Shown here: in pieces, positions 23,946-36,827 of the stretch
Position numbering within the stretch: position 1 is the first letter of the stretch
How the letters are laid out: each line of letters begins with the position of its first letter
DNA from: Octopus sinensis
Taxonomy: Eukaryota
Direction: 5' to 3'
NCBI RefSeq assembly: GCF_006345805.1
Contig: NC_043004.1
Coordinates: forward strand, 12,028,001 to 12,092,000
DNA: 64,000 nucleotides
Program-made: the position numbers and the translations under genes
The notes under the pieces: generated by a model
What the model saw: only the letters and a program-made list of their open reading frames with translations
What the model was told of the DNA's origin: nothing
Databases searched by the model: none

Positions 23946-24850
23946 AATGGGGGACCGTGGACAAATTACGATTCAAGATAAGACACAAAAATAAATGTAA
24001 TTTTGGGTGAACGGTAGAACTGGTAGAAAAGGCTATATGGCTTGGCAGAATCAGTAAAATCATCATCATCATCGTTTAATGTCCGTTTTCCATGCTGGCA
24101 AGGGTTGGACAGTTCAACTGGGGTATGGGAAGCCAGGAGGCTGCACCAGGCTCCAATCTGATCTGGCAGTGTTTCTACAGCTGGATGCCCATCCTAACAC
24201 CAACCACTCCGAGAGTGTAGTGGGCGCTTTTTACATTCCACTGGCACAGAGGCCCAGAGGAGGCTGGCAAGATCCATGATCGGTTGGTGCTTTTTATGTG
24301 CCACCAGCATGGAAGCCAGTCAAGGCACTGACAAAATATCTTATGATTATTTGACTTTGTTCATTTACATTCTGAGTTCAAACCCCTCTCAGGCCCATCT
24401 GGAGTTATTTAACAGTAGCCCTTGGGTTGATATTCATTCTTTTCTGCTCTAGGTGCAAGGCCCAAAATTTTTGGGGAGGGGGCCAGTCGATTTGATTGAC
24501 CCCTCCAGTATGAAACTGGTACTTACTTTATCGACCTCAAAAGGATGAATGACAAAGTCAGCCTCAACAGAATTTGAACTCAGAATGTAAAGACAGGCGA
24601 AATACCGTTTAGGCATTTCGCCCGGCATGCTAATGTTTCTGCCAGCTCGCCACCTTTGGGTTGATATTCAGTGAGTACCAAATGCACACACTGACAACGA
24701 TGGTTGATGACAAACTGGAAGTACCAGTGGGAGATCATCAGTTGGTATCTGGGTTTCGGTCAGTGCACATCCTTGTTTGAATTCACCGTGACCCCTCTTG
24801 AATTCCTTAGTTTTGATTTACTATTATTTTGGGTGACGAACGGCTTTCAG

Positions 24851-24923
24851 GAACAAATTAAACTTGTAAGAGACAGATTGTTACAAATTTTCTTGGAGTT
24901 GTTTTGGAGGAAAAACAGATGCA
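24851..24923 (+). CDS. Candidate 73-nt coding exon
   Basis: Acceptor ggctttcag and strong donor GCA|gtgagt. Peptide EQIKLVRDRLLQIFLELFWRKNRC lies within the 91-aa ORF 24704-24979. Confidence 0.25.
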
Positions 24924-25091
24924 GTGAGTTTACTCACATTGATTTCACTACGCAGTCGTACCGATTCAGAAAATCTTGAAGGTGGAAACATTTACTTATT
25001 TCCTTCATTCTTTAATTCTTTTTATTTGTTTCAGTCATTTGACTGCGTCCATGCTGGAGCACCACCTTTAGGTGAACAAAGTAAAAGAATA

Positions 25092-25338
25092 TACAGGGTG
25101 TTCAGAAAGTCTCTCCGTAGTGAATTTTTTTTTCATCCAGGATGTATTTCGAAACATGTGGAGAAAAGTCAACTTACATTTTGAAAATGAAGAAATGGAG
25201 GATGACAATTTTGAACACCTTTCATAAAGTTTTTTGAAGTCTTGTAAAGTCTAATATTTTCTTTTGGAGTCTTATATCATCTTATATTTATTTTGCAATA
25301 AAATACTTACTGCAGAGTGACTTTTTGAACACCCTGTA
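25092..25338 (+). mobile_element. Tc1/mariner-superfamily deletion derivative
   Basis: TA-flanked TIRs cagggtgttcagaaagtc and gactttttgaacaccctg (one mismatch). It retains a transposase C-terminus-like ...DDNFEHLS*. Confidence 0.88.
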
Positions 25339-25340
25339 TA

Positions 25341-25738
25341 GGTGCAGTAGTGGCTGTGTGGTAAGTAGGTTGCTTACCAACCACATGGTTCTGGGTTCAG
25401 TCTCACTGTGTGGCACCTTGGGCAAGTGTCTTCTACTCTAGCCTTGGGCCAGCTAAGGCCTTGTAAGTGGATTTGGTAGATGGAAATTGAAAGAAGCCCA
25501 TCATATATATATTATATGTATGCATGTGTACATGTTTGTGTGTCTGTGTTTGTCCCCCCAACATTGTTTGACAAATGAAGCCGATTTGTTATGTCTCTGT
25601 AACTTAGTGGTTCTGCAAAAGAAACTGATAGAATAAGTACTAGTCTTACAAAGAATAAGTCTTGGGGTCGATTTGCTCGACTAAAAGTGGTGCTCCAGCA
25701 TGGCTGCAGTCAAATGACTGAAACAAATAAAAGAATAT
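25341..25738 (+). mobile_element. SINE family A, full length, abutting the MITE end
   Basis: Head, microsatellite and tail architecture. Confidence 0.88.
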
Positions 25739-26399
25739 ATACATATATATGTGTGTGTGTGTGTGTGTGTTTATTTATGATAACAGTAATAATATTAGGG
25801 TTTTGGTGATAGTGTTGGGGATTGTACAGAGATGTAGTTGGTAGTGATGGTCATAGTGGTAGCAATGGCAATAATGTTGGTGGTGGTAGTGGTGGTGGTG
25901 GTGGTGGTGGTGGTGGTGGTTGTGGTGGCAGTAATGGTTATTATAGTGACAATGGTGATGTCTATAATGACGGCAGCTGCAGTGGTAGGGGTGGTATACG
26001 TGGTATAAATAGATAGATAGAAAGGGAGTATGACACCCGGCATTGTTGAAAAATATATGACATGCAGCAAGGAAATGGAAGGGTGCACAGTAAGTGTGCA
26101 GCGCCGTTCGATTGTAAAGTATCAGTAATATTACTAGCTCTTCTCTTTCTCTTTCTCTCCATTGCCATGACCACCGCACCTCTGCACACCCAAGGGGACA
26201 GTTATGAATAATGATAAGAGATAATTTATTAACCCCTAGTGGGGTAGACGCAGTGTAGGTGAAGGGTAGTGGCAGCGTTGGTGGTGGTGGTGGTGGTGGT
26301 AGTGGAGGGGTAGTGGAGGGCTTTAAGCTTATTAATGAGAACACCACACTATCTCACCTTTTTGTTTTCCCTTTCTGATACCTCGTTGTATTAAATATT

Positions 26400-26760
26400 A
26401 ATTATTCATCCCTAACATCATCATCATCATCATTATCACCATTGTCGTCATGATCATCACCACTACCATCACGACCACCATCTTCATCATCATCATTATC
26501 ATCATTATCATCATCATCACCATTATTATCATCACCATCATCACCATCACAACCCTCATCATCAATACCACCATCGTGTTCATCATTATCATTATAATCA
26601 TCATCATCACCAACACCACCACCATTTTCATCATTATCCTCATCTTCATCACCATCATCACCAGCATCGTCAACGGTAGCAGCATCACTGTTGTCTTCAA
26701 CATCATCACCAGTGTCATTGCTGTCATCATCATCATCGTCATTGCCGTCTTTATTGCAGC
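26400..26760. repeat. Degenerate (CAT/CAC)n trinucleotide tract
   Basis: It explains the poly-I and poly-M ORFs at 26398-26908. Confidence 0.95.
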
Positions 26761-27216
26761 CATTCTTGTCATTGTAAGCGTTGTGATAAATTATTTTCCT
26801 ACCTTTATATTGTCATTTAGCATCCTACTGATGACTTACCCCAACTCCAACCCCCACCCCACCCCCATGCTCCCCACTCCACCCCCCCCGCCCCATCCAA
26901 AGTGCTAAGCTGTCTGTGGAATGTTGATAGTTTGATGGTTACACATGCACGTATGCATGCACATGCCATTTTCTGTGCACCATTTCGTAATGTGCAGCAT
27001 GATTATGCCGCATATGCACTGATGTACACCCATAATTCATAAAACTATGATATACATATACATATATATATATTCTGTTTCTGAAATTGGTTCTCAAAGC
27101 ACATAGAAAGCTATAAATAATAGGCTATAAATAATGGGTTGTAAAGCCCTTTTCAAAAGAAAATATGGAAGGCCACCTTAATATCAATAATATATATATA
27201 TATATATATACATACA

Positions 27217-27442
27217 TACAAGGGAATGCTGAAAATTTCCTGGCTACAAGGGTATTGTGAACAATCTGGTTGGAAACTCAATCTTCCGAGTTCTTTGACA
27301 GGCTTTAGAAATACTGGAAGACCACTGCAATAAGTGTATGGGTCTAAGAGGGGGATATGCTACATAAAATCATAATTAACTGATTCTCCTGTATTTTCTT
27401 TTATCCAAAGCCAGGAACTTTTCAGCACACACGCCCCTCATA
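27217..27442 (+). mobile_element. Mariner deletion derivative
   Basis: TA-flanked imperfect TIRs (tgctgaaaatttcctggct and agccaggaacttttcagca). Remnant LEDHCNKCMGLRGGYAT* parallels the mariner C-terminal RW.KC....G.YVE*. Confidence 0.85.
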
Positions 27443-27857
27443 TATATATAGATGATATGAAAATGGAGGAAAAATAATTGTGTCTTTTGCGCTTCCTTTC
27501 TTAACTAATTAAATAATGGCTTCCTAGTGCAAAAGACACTATTTTACCTCCATTTTCTTGTTGTCTATATAAATGAAACTACGGTTTACCTGTTACGTTA
27601 CCTGCCGCTATGTACCTTATACCAAGGATTATAGTTACTGAGGTAATTACCTGGAATGCCTTTTGATATATTTATCCCTTACAGGGTTTAAACAGCTCTA
27701 AGTTATACCTGCATACATACGTACATACATACATACACATATATATATCTATATATATTTCGTTTTTGGATTTGGTTTGTAAGATTCTTTATATGAGTTC
27801 GTGTGTTGAAGCTTATTCTGTTGTGTCTGGGGAGAGTCATTCTCTTTTAGTGCCTTA

Positions 27858-27898
<41 letters not shown>

Positions 27899-28095
27899 TG
27901 GTATAGAAATATAATATTCACCCACGCAAGGAGAAACCACTTCAAGCCACTTTTGATAAGCAGTTTGAACATCACAACACTTCAGTCGCAGTTCATGTTG
28001 GAGTTTTGTGGTAAATGAAACCAAGCACTCATAGTACATACCTATTACATTACATCAATTGACAAACGTTTTCTGTATATTCTCTCTCTTTTTCT

Positions 28096-28585
28096 CATCA
28101 TCATCATCATCATCGTTTAATGTCTGCTTTTCATGCTGGCATGGATTGGATGGTTTGACTGAGGACTGGCGAGCCAGATGGCTGCACCAGGCTCCAATCT
28201 GATCTGGCAGAGTTTCTACAGCTGGATGCCCTTCCTAATGCCAATCACTCCAGGAGTGTAGTGAGTGCTTTTACGTTCCACCGGCACAAGGGCCACTCAG
28301 GCGGTACTGGCAATGGCCACGCTCAAATGGTGTTTTTTTATGTGCCACCTGCACAGGAGCCAGTCCAGCAACATTGGCAACAACCTCACTTGAATGTTGT
28401 TTTTCCCATGCCACCAACACAAGTGCCAATAAGGCGACACTGGTAACCATCACACTCGAATCGTGCTTTTTATGTGCCACCGGCACAGGAACCAGTCAGC
28501 AGCCCTGGCAACAATCATGCTCGGATGGTGCTTTTAGCGTTCCACTGGCACGGGTGCCAGGCAGGTGGTGCTGTCATTGGCCACC
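28096..28585 (-). mobile_element. SINE family B, near full length
   Basis: (CAT)n tail, core and four internal ~55-bp gtgccaccggcac-type subrepeats. Confidence 0.88.
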
Positions 28586-28991
28586 TCTCATATATATATA
28601 TATGTGTGTGTGTGTGTCTGTATGTGTGTTCAAAATAATATATAGAAGTACAAACAAATGGAAAGATGCACTCATAGAATGTTGCTAATTCCTCTTCAAT
28701 CATCGCCCAGAGGTTATTACTATGATCCTTTGGATGATAAACATAGAGGATTTAGTAACATTCTAAATGTTTATTTCCTGTTTGTCTCTTTCGTCTATAC
28801 TCCTATATATATTCTTTCAATACGTCATGTCACTTAACGTAATACCACACACCTTATTTTGTAAACATTCTGTGAGTAAATATATATATATATAATAAAT
28901 AATATCAAAGGGTAATTGGAAATAGAAATTTCCATTACCAGTGGCCTAGCACATAAACATTTAGTCATTAGACTATATATTATTCACATAA

Positions 28992-29125
28992 ATACAGTGT
29001 ACATTTAAACATATAAGAGGCAGCCATCATCGGATTCCTTGCACACTAGAGAGAACAGTTTTAACTGTTCTCTCTAGCATGTAAGGAATCCTATGATGGA
29101 TTCCTCTGATATGTTTAAATGTACA

Positions 29126-29131
<6 letters not shown>
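28992..29131. mobile_element. Fully palindromic 140-bp element (MITE-like, TA-CAGTG ends)
   Basis: 69-bp arms with 7 mismatches and a 2-nt loop at 29061-29062. Confidence 0.8.
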
Positions 29132-29175
<44 letters not shown>

Positions 29176-29296
29176 ATACATACACATGAATAAGGATAAA
29201 ATCATTATAAAAATAACAATCTTATCAGCAGCCAGCATGTAATAGAAACCATATAGGTAAGAATTAATATAGATATATAATTATATAGATATAATT

Positions 29297-29390
29297 ATAA
29301 TTATAATTAAGGGTACTGAGAAACTGCACCAACATGCTAGAAATTTCTGGCTTGTTGGTGCTGTTTTTCAGTACCATTAATTATAATTAT
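29297..29390. repeat. 94-bp loopless palindrome
   Basis: 47-bp arms with 5 mismatches, centred on agaaa|tttct. Confidence 0.85.
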
Positions 29391-30018
29391 ATATATACAA
29401 TTATGTATATATATATATATATATGTCTGTGTGTGTGTGTATAAATCATCATCATCATCATCATTATCATTGTTTAATGTCTTGTCTTCCATGTATGCAT
29501 GCATGGGTAGGATGATTGACAGGAGCTGGCCAGGTAGCGACTACCCCATGCTACTGTGTCTGTTTCAGCAGGATATTTACAGCTGGATGCCCTTCCTAAC
29601 TCTGACCACTCTGTAGACATACATATAGCAAATTTAACTGCTGAACAGCTTTAATCAATTTTCAAGCCTTATTGGGGTCTCATCAGAGGTGTTTACAGCA
29701 TTTGACTAATTCCAGAGAAATGAGCAGCCAATCTGTTTATATATTCAATACTCAACATATATACATATATAATAGTCAGTCTCAGGTTGGTACAGATCCA
29801 ATATACATTCTACAAATTGTTTTGGAGTCTAATTATTTCCAAAGACAAAAATGAAAAATGCTTCTCGAAATAAAAATTAGATTCTTCTTCAGGAATTACA
29901 TATTGGTATGAATAATTATGACCAACAAAAATGTACAAAGACCTTTCATAGCTCAGACGGGAACGGACCAGCAGACTTGGATGTTTGACATCCCTTTGAA
30001 GGATTTTGGTCTTCACCT

Positions 30019-30056
<38 letters not shown>

Positions 30057-30235
30057 CACACACATGTATGCACATATACATATAAACATGGCAGGCTTCT
30101 TTCAGTTTTCCTTTGACCAAATCAGGCTTTGGTCAGCTTAGGTCTATAGTAAAAGACACCTGCCGAAGATGCTACACTGTGGGACAGAATCTGAAAGCAT
30201 GTGGATGAGAAGCAGACATTTTAAACACACAGGTC

Positions 30236-30280
<45 letters not shown>

Positions 30281-30784
30281 TATTATACAATTTCATTATG
30301 AACTCATCTGATAATTAAAATTTATAATATTAACTTTCAAAATTTAAATATCTTACATAATCGAATTATTCTCTAAACAAACCAGATGTATCCATTTAAT
30401 GGTCATCAATCAAAAAAAAAAAATTATCAATTTTCAAACAAAAAAAAAGAAAAAAATTAACAAGAACATTATTTTATTAGTTGTACTCATGAAAAAGTAA
30501 TGTTTCTTAAGTAAACCTCATTCTAGAAGTAGCTCTTGTGCTCACATATAACAAATGGGATTTTTGAGTAGAGCTGAAAACCAGCTGCAAAATGCATTCC
30601 TAGATCTCTGGAATGGCAGCATGGTTTGTATATGTATAATGATGGTGGAGATATTGAAAATGAACAATCTTGAGAATAAATTTATTTTAAATTGCAAGAA
30701 ATTCTTTGCCTTATATTCCTGGTTTCTTTTTTTTTTTTTTTTTTTTACAAAGATTAATTCAACTATAAATACAACTAAAGATAT

Positions 30785-30992
30785 CCCTCTCTCTCTCTTT
30801 CGGAGAGGCACTGAGCAGCTATACGCACACATACACACACGGCAGTAACTTCCACCTACCGAATTCAATCACATAGCTTCGGTCGGCTCGGGGCTATAGC
30901 GGAAGACACCTACCCAAAGTGCCACGCAGTGGGACTGAACCCGAAACCATGTAGCTAGGAAGCAAGCTCCCTAACCACACAGCCATGCCCAT
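30785..30992 (-). mobile_element. SINE A-related subfamily (A2) with a distinct 3' end
   Basis: Near-identical to 62100-62310 in the opposite orientation; ends gtatagctgctcagtgcctctcc(g/a)aaagagagag. Confidence 0.8.
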
Positions 30993-31694
30993 ATATTAAT
31001 GTAAAATTCTATAGGATTGGAAACAAGGAACTCTGAGTAGCAATTCTTGGAAGCTTGGCTTTGAATAAATATTATTCTACTCTGCCTGATAATATGGAGT
31101 ACTAGCATATTTTTTTTTTAATTTTCTACTAGCATAATATCATCATTCATTAGAGACACAGAGATATGATACAAACACACATACATACATACATACATGA
31201 ATACATACATATGTATGTGGCTCCCATGCCAGTGGCACATAAAAAGCACTATCCAAAAGTGATCGATGCCAGGCCCACCTAACTGGCTCCTGTGCCGGTG
31301 GCTTGTGAAAAGCACTTGCTACACTCTCAGAGTGGTTGGCGTTGGGAAGGGCATCCAGCTGTAGAAATCTTGCCAGATCAGATTGGATCCTGGTGCAGCT
31401 GTTGGCTTTCCAGACCTCAGTCAAACCATCCGACCCATGCCAGCATGGAAAACGTATGTCAAACGATGATGATATATATATATATATATACAAGTGAGAA
31501 GACAAATGAAAGAAAGGCATTCAACACATTTATTGGGAGTTACATGTATGGATCAAAACAGTTTGATTTCAATTCCATACTACTTGAGGTACTTCAATTC
31601 AAATTTCCACTGGCCCGTGAAACTTTAAGTGACACAGAATTTGAATCAAACTGTTCTGATCCATACATATGTATGTATGTGTGTATCTATGTAT

Positions 31695-32148
31695 CTATGT
31701 ATGTATGTGTATGCGTTGCTGTGTGGTAAGAAGTTTTCCTTCCAACCATATGGTTCTGGGTTCAATCCCGCTATGTAGCACCTTCAGCAAGTGTCTTCAA
31801 TTTAGCCTCAGGCTGATCAAAGCCTTCTTAGATTTGGTAAACGGAAACTGAAAGAAGCCTGTTGTGTGTGTGTGTGTGTATATATATATTTATATATATG
31901 TATGTATGTGTGTGTGTGTTTATGTGTGTGTGTCTTTGTGTCCATGTTTATCCCACCGCACCATTGCTCTGCAACAGATGCTGTTTGTGTCCCTCTAACT
32001 TAGCAGTTCAGCAAAAGAGACTGATAGGATAAGTACTAGGCTTACAAAGACTAAGTCATGGTGTCAATTTGTTCGACTAAAACCCTTTAAGGCAGTACTC
32101 CAGCATGGCCACAGTCAAATGACTGAAACAAGTAAAAAAATAAAAGAA
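31695..32148 (+). mobile_element. SINE family A, full length
   Basis: Head, microsatellite and tail architecture. Confidence 0.85.
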
Positions 32149-32894
32149 TGTATGTGTGTGTGTCTGGACTCTTCCATCTTTAGATGGCAGATGAGTGCTC
32201 TGTAATTTCTTGCTGAACAACCATGGAAGTGATTCGTTTATAGTAATCAAATAAGCTCTCTCGCTCCATCAAATCGACATTACCTGTACAGGTGCCACAC
32301 ATCAAATGTTGAAATGATTGCAGTGCAACATGAAAAGAATCCAGGAATTGAACCCATGATCTATCCATCGTGTGTGCAACACCTTAACCACTAGGCCATG
32401 TTGTTTTTTTTATCCACTGACCATGTTAACAAAGACTGACCTGTCTAACTGCATGTTGGCTGTGTTTCATTTTGGCTTCATGTCTGCTGATGGACGTCCT
32501 TCCTAAAACAAACCAATATACAGAGATCACTTGGTGCTATTTGTCATACCATCAGTAATACGAAGCTGTTTACATCCCCAAATGGTTCTTATATATGTAA
32601 GTGGGGGAGGAACAGTGATTCTGTATCCTTTCTTTACATTATTAATTAAGTATTTAACCAATTAACTGATTAATTGCTTGACCAACCAATCACTCGGTTT
32701 GCCAATTATGACCTCATCAATAATGTGCCATCATTAATCCAGGTTTGTCATGTTGTATCCAAATACAGAAATATATACATGTAGATATGTGTACTTACAC
32801 ACACATATATATATATATATACACTTTATCAATCTATTTGTATTTATATATGTATGTATATATCTTTTTATCTGTGTGTACATTAATGTGTGTC

Positions 32895-32946
<52 letters not shown>

Positions 32947-33154
32947 CACACACGCACACATAAATAGATATACGCATACAAATATGTATATGCATATATT
33001 TATATATAAATATACATTTTTGTATAAATGTATATATATATATATTGAGAGAGAGAGAAAGAGAGGGAGAGAGAGAGAGAGGAAGATAAAGCGATAGATA
33101 GATATGTGATCTCTGCTGGCATTTTTAATGATTTAATATCTTAAATTAGTTTCT

Positions 33155-33358
33155 TTAATATCCAGTCTTCATTAAATGTCTTCTCCAAGCTTTAGGGCAG
33201 TTGTCAAAAGCACACATGCTCACCGAATCAGACAGACTATTTTTATATACACCAGCGAGATGTATCAATAATAGAACATCTGGTTTTGGTATATATTTGG
33301 CTACAAAAGTATGAGCAATATTACATAACACATCATAGTCCGCATGAAATAATTGCTT
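33155..33358 (-). CDS. Candidate terminal coding exon (67 aa plus stop), product unidentified; a competing plus-strand exon lies at 33166-33308
   Basis: Non-repetitive 204-nt open frame KQLFHADYDVLCNIAHTFVAKYIPKPDVLLLIHLAGVYKNSLSDSVSMCAFDNCPKAWRRHLMKTGY*. It follows a strong acceptor tttttctatacag and is flanked by more AT-rich DNA. Confidence 0.4.
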   Translation of the reverse strand, partial: KQLFHADYDVLCNIAHTFVAKYIPKPDVLLLIHLAGVYKNSLSDSVSMCAFDNCPKAWRRHLMKTGY

Positions 33359-34034
33359 CTGTATAGAAAAAGTATTTCTGAAATTTGCTACAAAATAATT
33401 TCGGTTCATTTACAAACCCCCTAGAGTGGACATACGGTTCCGACAACCGAGATATTGACATTTCAACTTAGTCGGGTCTCATTTGTGATTGGTACAAAGA
33501 GATTTAAATAGTCTGAAAATATTAGAGTAGTGTAGTTTAATCCATATGTTACTTTGTTTCTTTTGAAATACGCTGCCATTTGTTTCAATTAGATTTTGCA
33601 AAATCACAAAGAATTTAGTGAAATAAATTGTTTTGAAGTTGGTGTAGAGAACATAAATTAATGCAAAAGTTTTGATGAATGGTCACCTTTTGTCTTTTAC
33701 ATGTTTAAGTCACTGGACTGCGGCCATGCTGGGGCACTTCATCATTGTCATCATATTTAATGTTCGTTTTTCATGCTGGTATGGGTTGGATGGCTTGACA
33801 GGAGGTGTCAAGCTGGAGAGATTCAAACCATTTGTCTGATTTGGTATGGTTTCTGTTGTTGGATACCCTTCCTGATGTCAACCACTATACAGAGTGTACT
33901 GTCTACTACCAAATTATCTCACAAGGTTAGTTTGAGGCTAAGGTAAAAGATATTTGCCCAAGGTGCCATTATGTGGAACTGAACCCAGAACCATGTGGCT
34001 GGGAAGCAAATTCCTTAAACTGTTTGGAGTGAGT

Positions 34035-34420
34035 GTGTGGTAAGTAGCTTGCTAACCAACAATATGGTTCCAGGTTCAGTCCCACTGTATGGCACCTTGG
34101 GCAAGTGTCTTTTACTATTACCTCAGGCTGACCAAAGCCTTGTGAGTGGATTTGGTAGACGGAAACTGAAAGAAGACCATCGTATATATGTATATATATA
34201 TATATGTATGTGTGTGTGTATACATTTGTGTGTCTGTGTTTGTCCCCCCGACATCGCTTGACAACTGGTGCTGGTTTGTTTACATCCCCCGTAACTTAGC
34301 GGTTCGACAAAATAGACCGATAGAATAAGTACTAGGCTTAGAAAGAATAAGTCCTGGTGTCGATTTGCTCCAGCATGGCCACAGTCAAATGACTGAAACA
34401 AGTAAAAGAGTAAAAGAGAG
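34035..34420 (+). mobile_element. SINE family A, full length (head-to-head with a minus-strand head at 33900-34020)
   Basis: Head, microsatellite and tail architecture. Confidence 0.88.
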
Positions 34421-35308
34421 TAAATCCAATTTTCCAAAGAATTCAATAAAATATTACACGCTCTACAATTAAGATCATATTTAAAAATCTAACTTTAGTG
34501 AAATTCTTAAATGGAATTGAAACAAAAACATTTAAATTTAAATGCAAATATCATCAAATTTGCAGTTTTGTATCTTGAAACCAGAGAACAAATTGGACAT
34601 ATTGGTGGCAAGCGGGTTAAATCTCGTACACTATTAAAAGTTCACGACATCTTTGTAGATTATATCTTTCACTGTACTTTTCCATTTATATTAGTATTAA
34701 TTAGATAGATTAATCAGCCGAATCGAAGTTATATATATGCTATATGTTTGATGCATATTTATATATGTATGTACCTGTGTCTGTTTGTGTATCTATTATC
34801 TCATTATCTATTACCTGTTCATTTACTTATCTTCCTGTCTCCTTGATGTTTTCCTATCTTAAATTCCTATATCTAATTATCCATCTATCTAATTATCTGT
34901 TTCTACCTGTCCATCTGCGTACACACACATCCTTGTGTGCACACATGAACACACGCACACTCACACATGTGCACAAACACGCATAGTGGTGTGTTTGTAA
35001 TGTTTGATATACATGTGTGTTTTCTTGTCTGTGTTTATGTTTATGAAACAGACAGAGGAAGCTATCATTGATATATACACCCACACATGCATATATATTC
35101 ACACATATATATATATATATATATATAATATATATACACGTGTGTGTATATGCATTTGTATGTGTGTATGTATATATATATGTATGTATATATGTGTGTG
35201 CATAGAGAGTGTGTGTGTGTGTCTTATATTTATATATATATATATATGTACATATAAATAATGCATATGTATGTATATGTAACATGTGTATGTATGTGTG
35301 CATAGTAT

Positions 35309-35359
<51 letters not shown>

Positions 35360-35394
35360 GTATGTATGCACAAATATCTGTATATGTATGTATA

Positions 35395-35783
35395 TGTCTG
35401 TGGCAGGAGTGGCTGTGTAGTAAGTAGCTTGCTTACCAACCACATGGTTCCGGGTTCATTCCCACTGTGTGGCACCTTGGGCAAGTGTCTTCTACTATAA
35501 CCTCAGGTTGACCAAAGCCTTGTGAGTGGATTTGGTGGATGGAACTGAAAGAAGCCCGTCGTATATATGTATGTATATATTTGTGTGTCTATGTTTGTCA
35601 TCCCAAAATCGCTTGACAGCCGATGCTGGTGTGTTTACATCCCTGTAACTTAGCAGTTCAGCAAAAGCAACCCATAGAATAAGTATTAGGCTTACAAAGA
35701 ATAAATCCTGGAGTCAATTTCCTCAACTAAAGGTGGTGCTCCACCATGGCCGCAATCAAATGACTGAAACAATTAAAAGAGTA

Positions 35784-35785
<2 letters not shown>
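35395..35785 (+). mobile_element. SINE family A, full length
   Basis: Head, microsatellite and tail architecture. Confidence 0.88.
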
Positions 35786-35843
<58 letters not shown>

Positions 35844-36597
35844 CACATATATCATCATCATCATCATCACCGTTTAATGTGCACTTTCTATGCTGGCATG
35901 GGTTGGACAATTTGACTGAGGACTGGAGAACCAGATGGCTGCACCAGGTGGATGGTGGTGGTGGGGATGATGATAACCTTGAGAATTATGATGATGATGA
36001 TGATGGGGATTTTGTCCTCATCAATGATGTCAAATGTAGTCACATTGATGATGATGATGACTGATGGTGGACAAGGAGAAGGACATTGATTATGATTCCT
36101 TTTAATTTTGGTATGAGACCAGCAGCTTTGAGGGGAAGGGGTAAGTTGATTATGTTGACCCTAGAACCTAATTTTATTGATCCTGAAATGATAACAGGTG
36201 AAACCGACCTTGTCAGGATTTGAACTCAGAATGTAAAGAGCCTGAAAAAATGCTGCCTAGCAGTTTGTCTGATGTGCTAAGAGTTTGGCTATAAGGATGT
36301 TGCTTTAGGATGTTGCTAAAAATGGCAACATTGTTAACCTTGGATGATGACAATGCACTTGTTGTCAGCACTTAGGTACATACTCGTGATGATGACAATG
36401 ATGAGCACGAGGTTAGCAATGATGACAATGGTGGAAAAACGGTGAGGATAATGACGCCACAATGAAGGTTAAGAATTTGATGCTGATGGTGGTGATGATG
36501 AAATAATTTGCCGTCTCTTTGTTCTTAGCAACAATGAAGCTTTTTTTTTTCCATGCTATTGTTGGAATAACAGCTGCATTGGTATATTAGATCACAG

Positions 36598-36827
36598 GCG
36601 GCAAGCTGGCAGAAACGTTAGCACGCCGGGTGAAATGCGTAGCCGTATTTCGTCTGCCGTTATGTTCTGAGTTCAAATTCCGCCGAGGTCGACTTTGCCT
36701 TTCATCCTTTCTGGGTCAATAAATTAATTACCAGTTACACACTGGGGTCGATGTAATCGACTTAATCCCTTTGTCTGTCCTTGTTTGTCCCCTCTGTGTT
36801 TAGCCCCTTGTGGGCAGTAAAGAAATA
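36598..36827 (+). mobile_element. Young SINE family D copy
   Basis: Perfect 17-bp TSD ggtatattagatcacag at 36581-36597 and 36828-36844. CpG-rich; B-box-like gagttcaaattcc. Confidence 0.92.

Noticed and set aside
24695-24765. Hammerhead (GAAAC and CUGAUGA on the minus strand)
   Set aside because: Only 11 nt separate the motifs in type-II order, too few for stems III and I.
29860-29900. Hammerhead-like CUGAAGA-A-GAAU...AUUUC-GAGA on the minus strand
   Set aside because: The core is altered at A14 and there is no stem I partner. Similar partial hits at ~11934, ~16173, ~54306 and ~63143 also lack GAAA or stems.
29810-30073. Protein-like ORF KTKILQRDVKHPSLLVRSRLSYERSLYIFVGH (minus strand)
   Set aside because: It starts in a (TA)n tract, has no pyrimidine-rich acceptor, and no homology is recognised.
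32180-32368. 62-aa non-repetitive ORF (minus strand)
   Set aside because: The 5' part is a SINE head remnant, splice signals are unconvincing and no homology is recognised.
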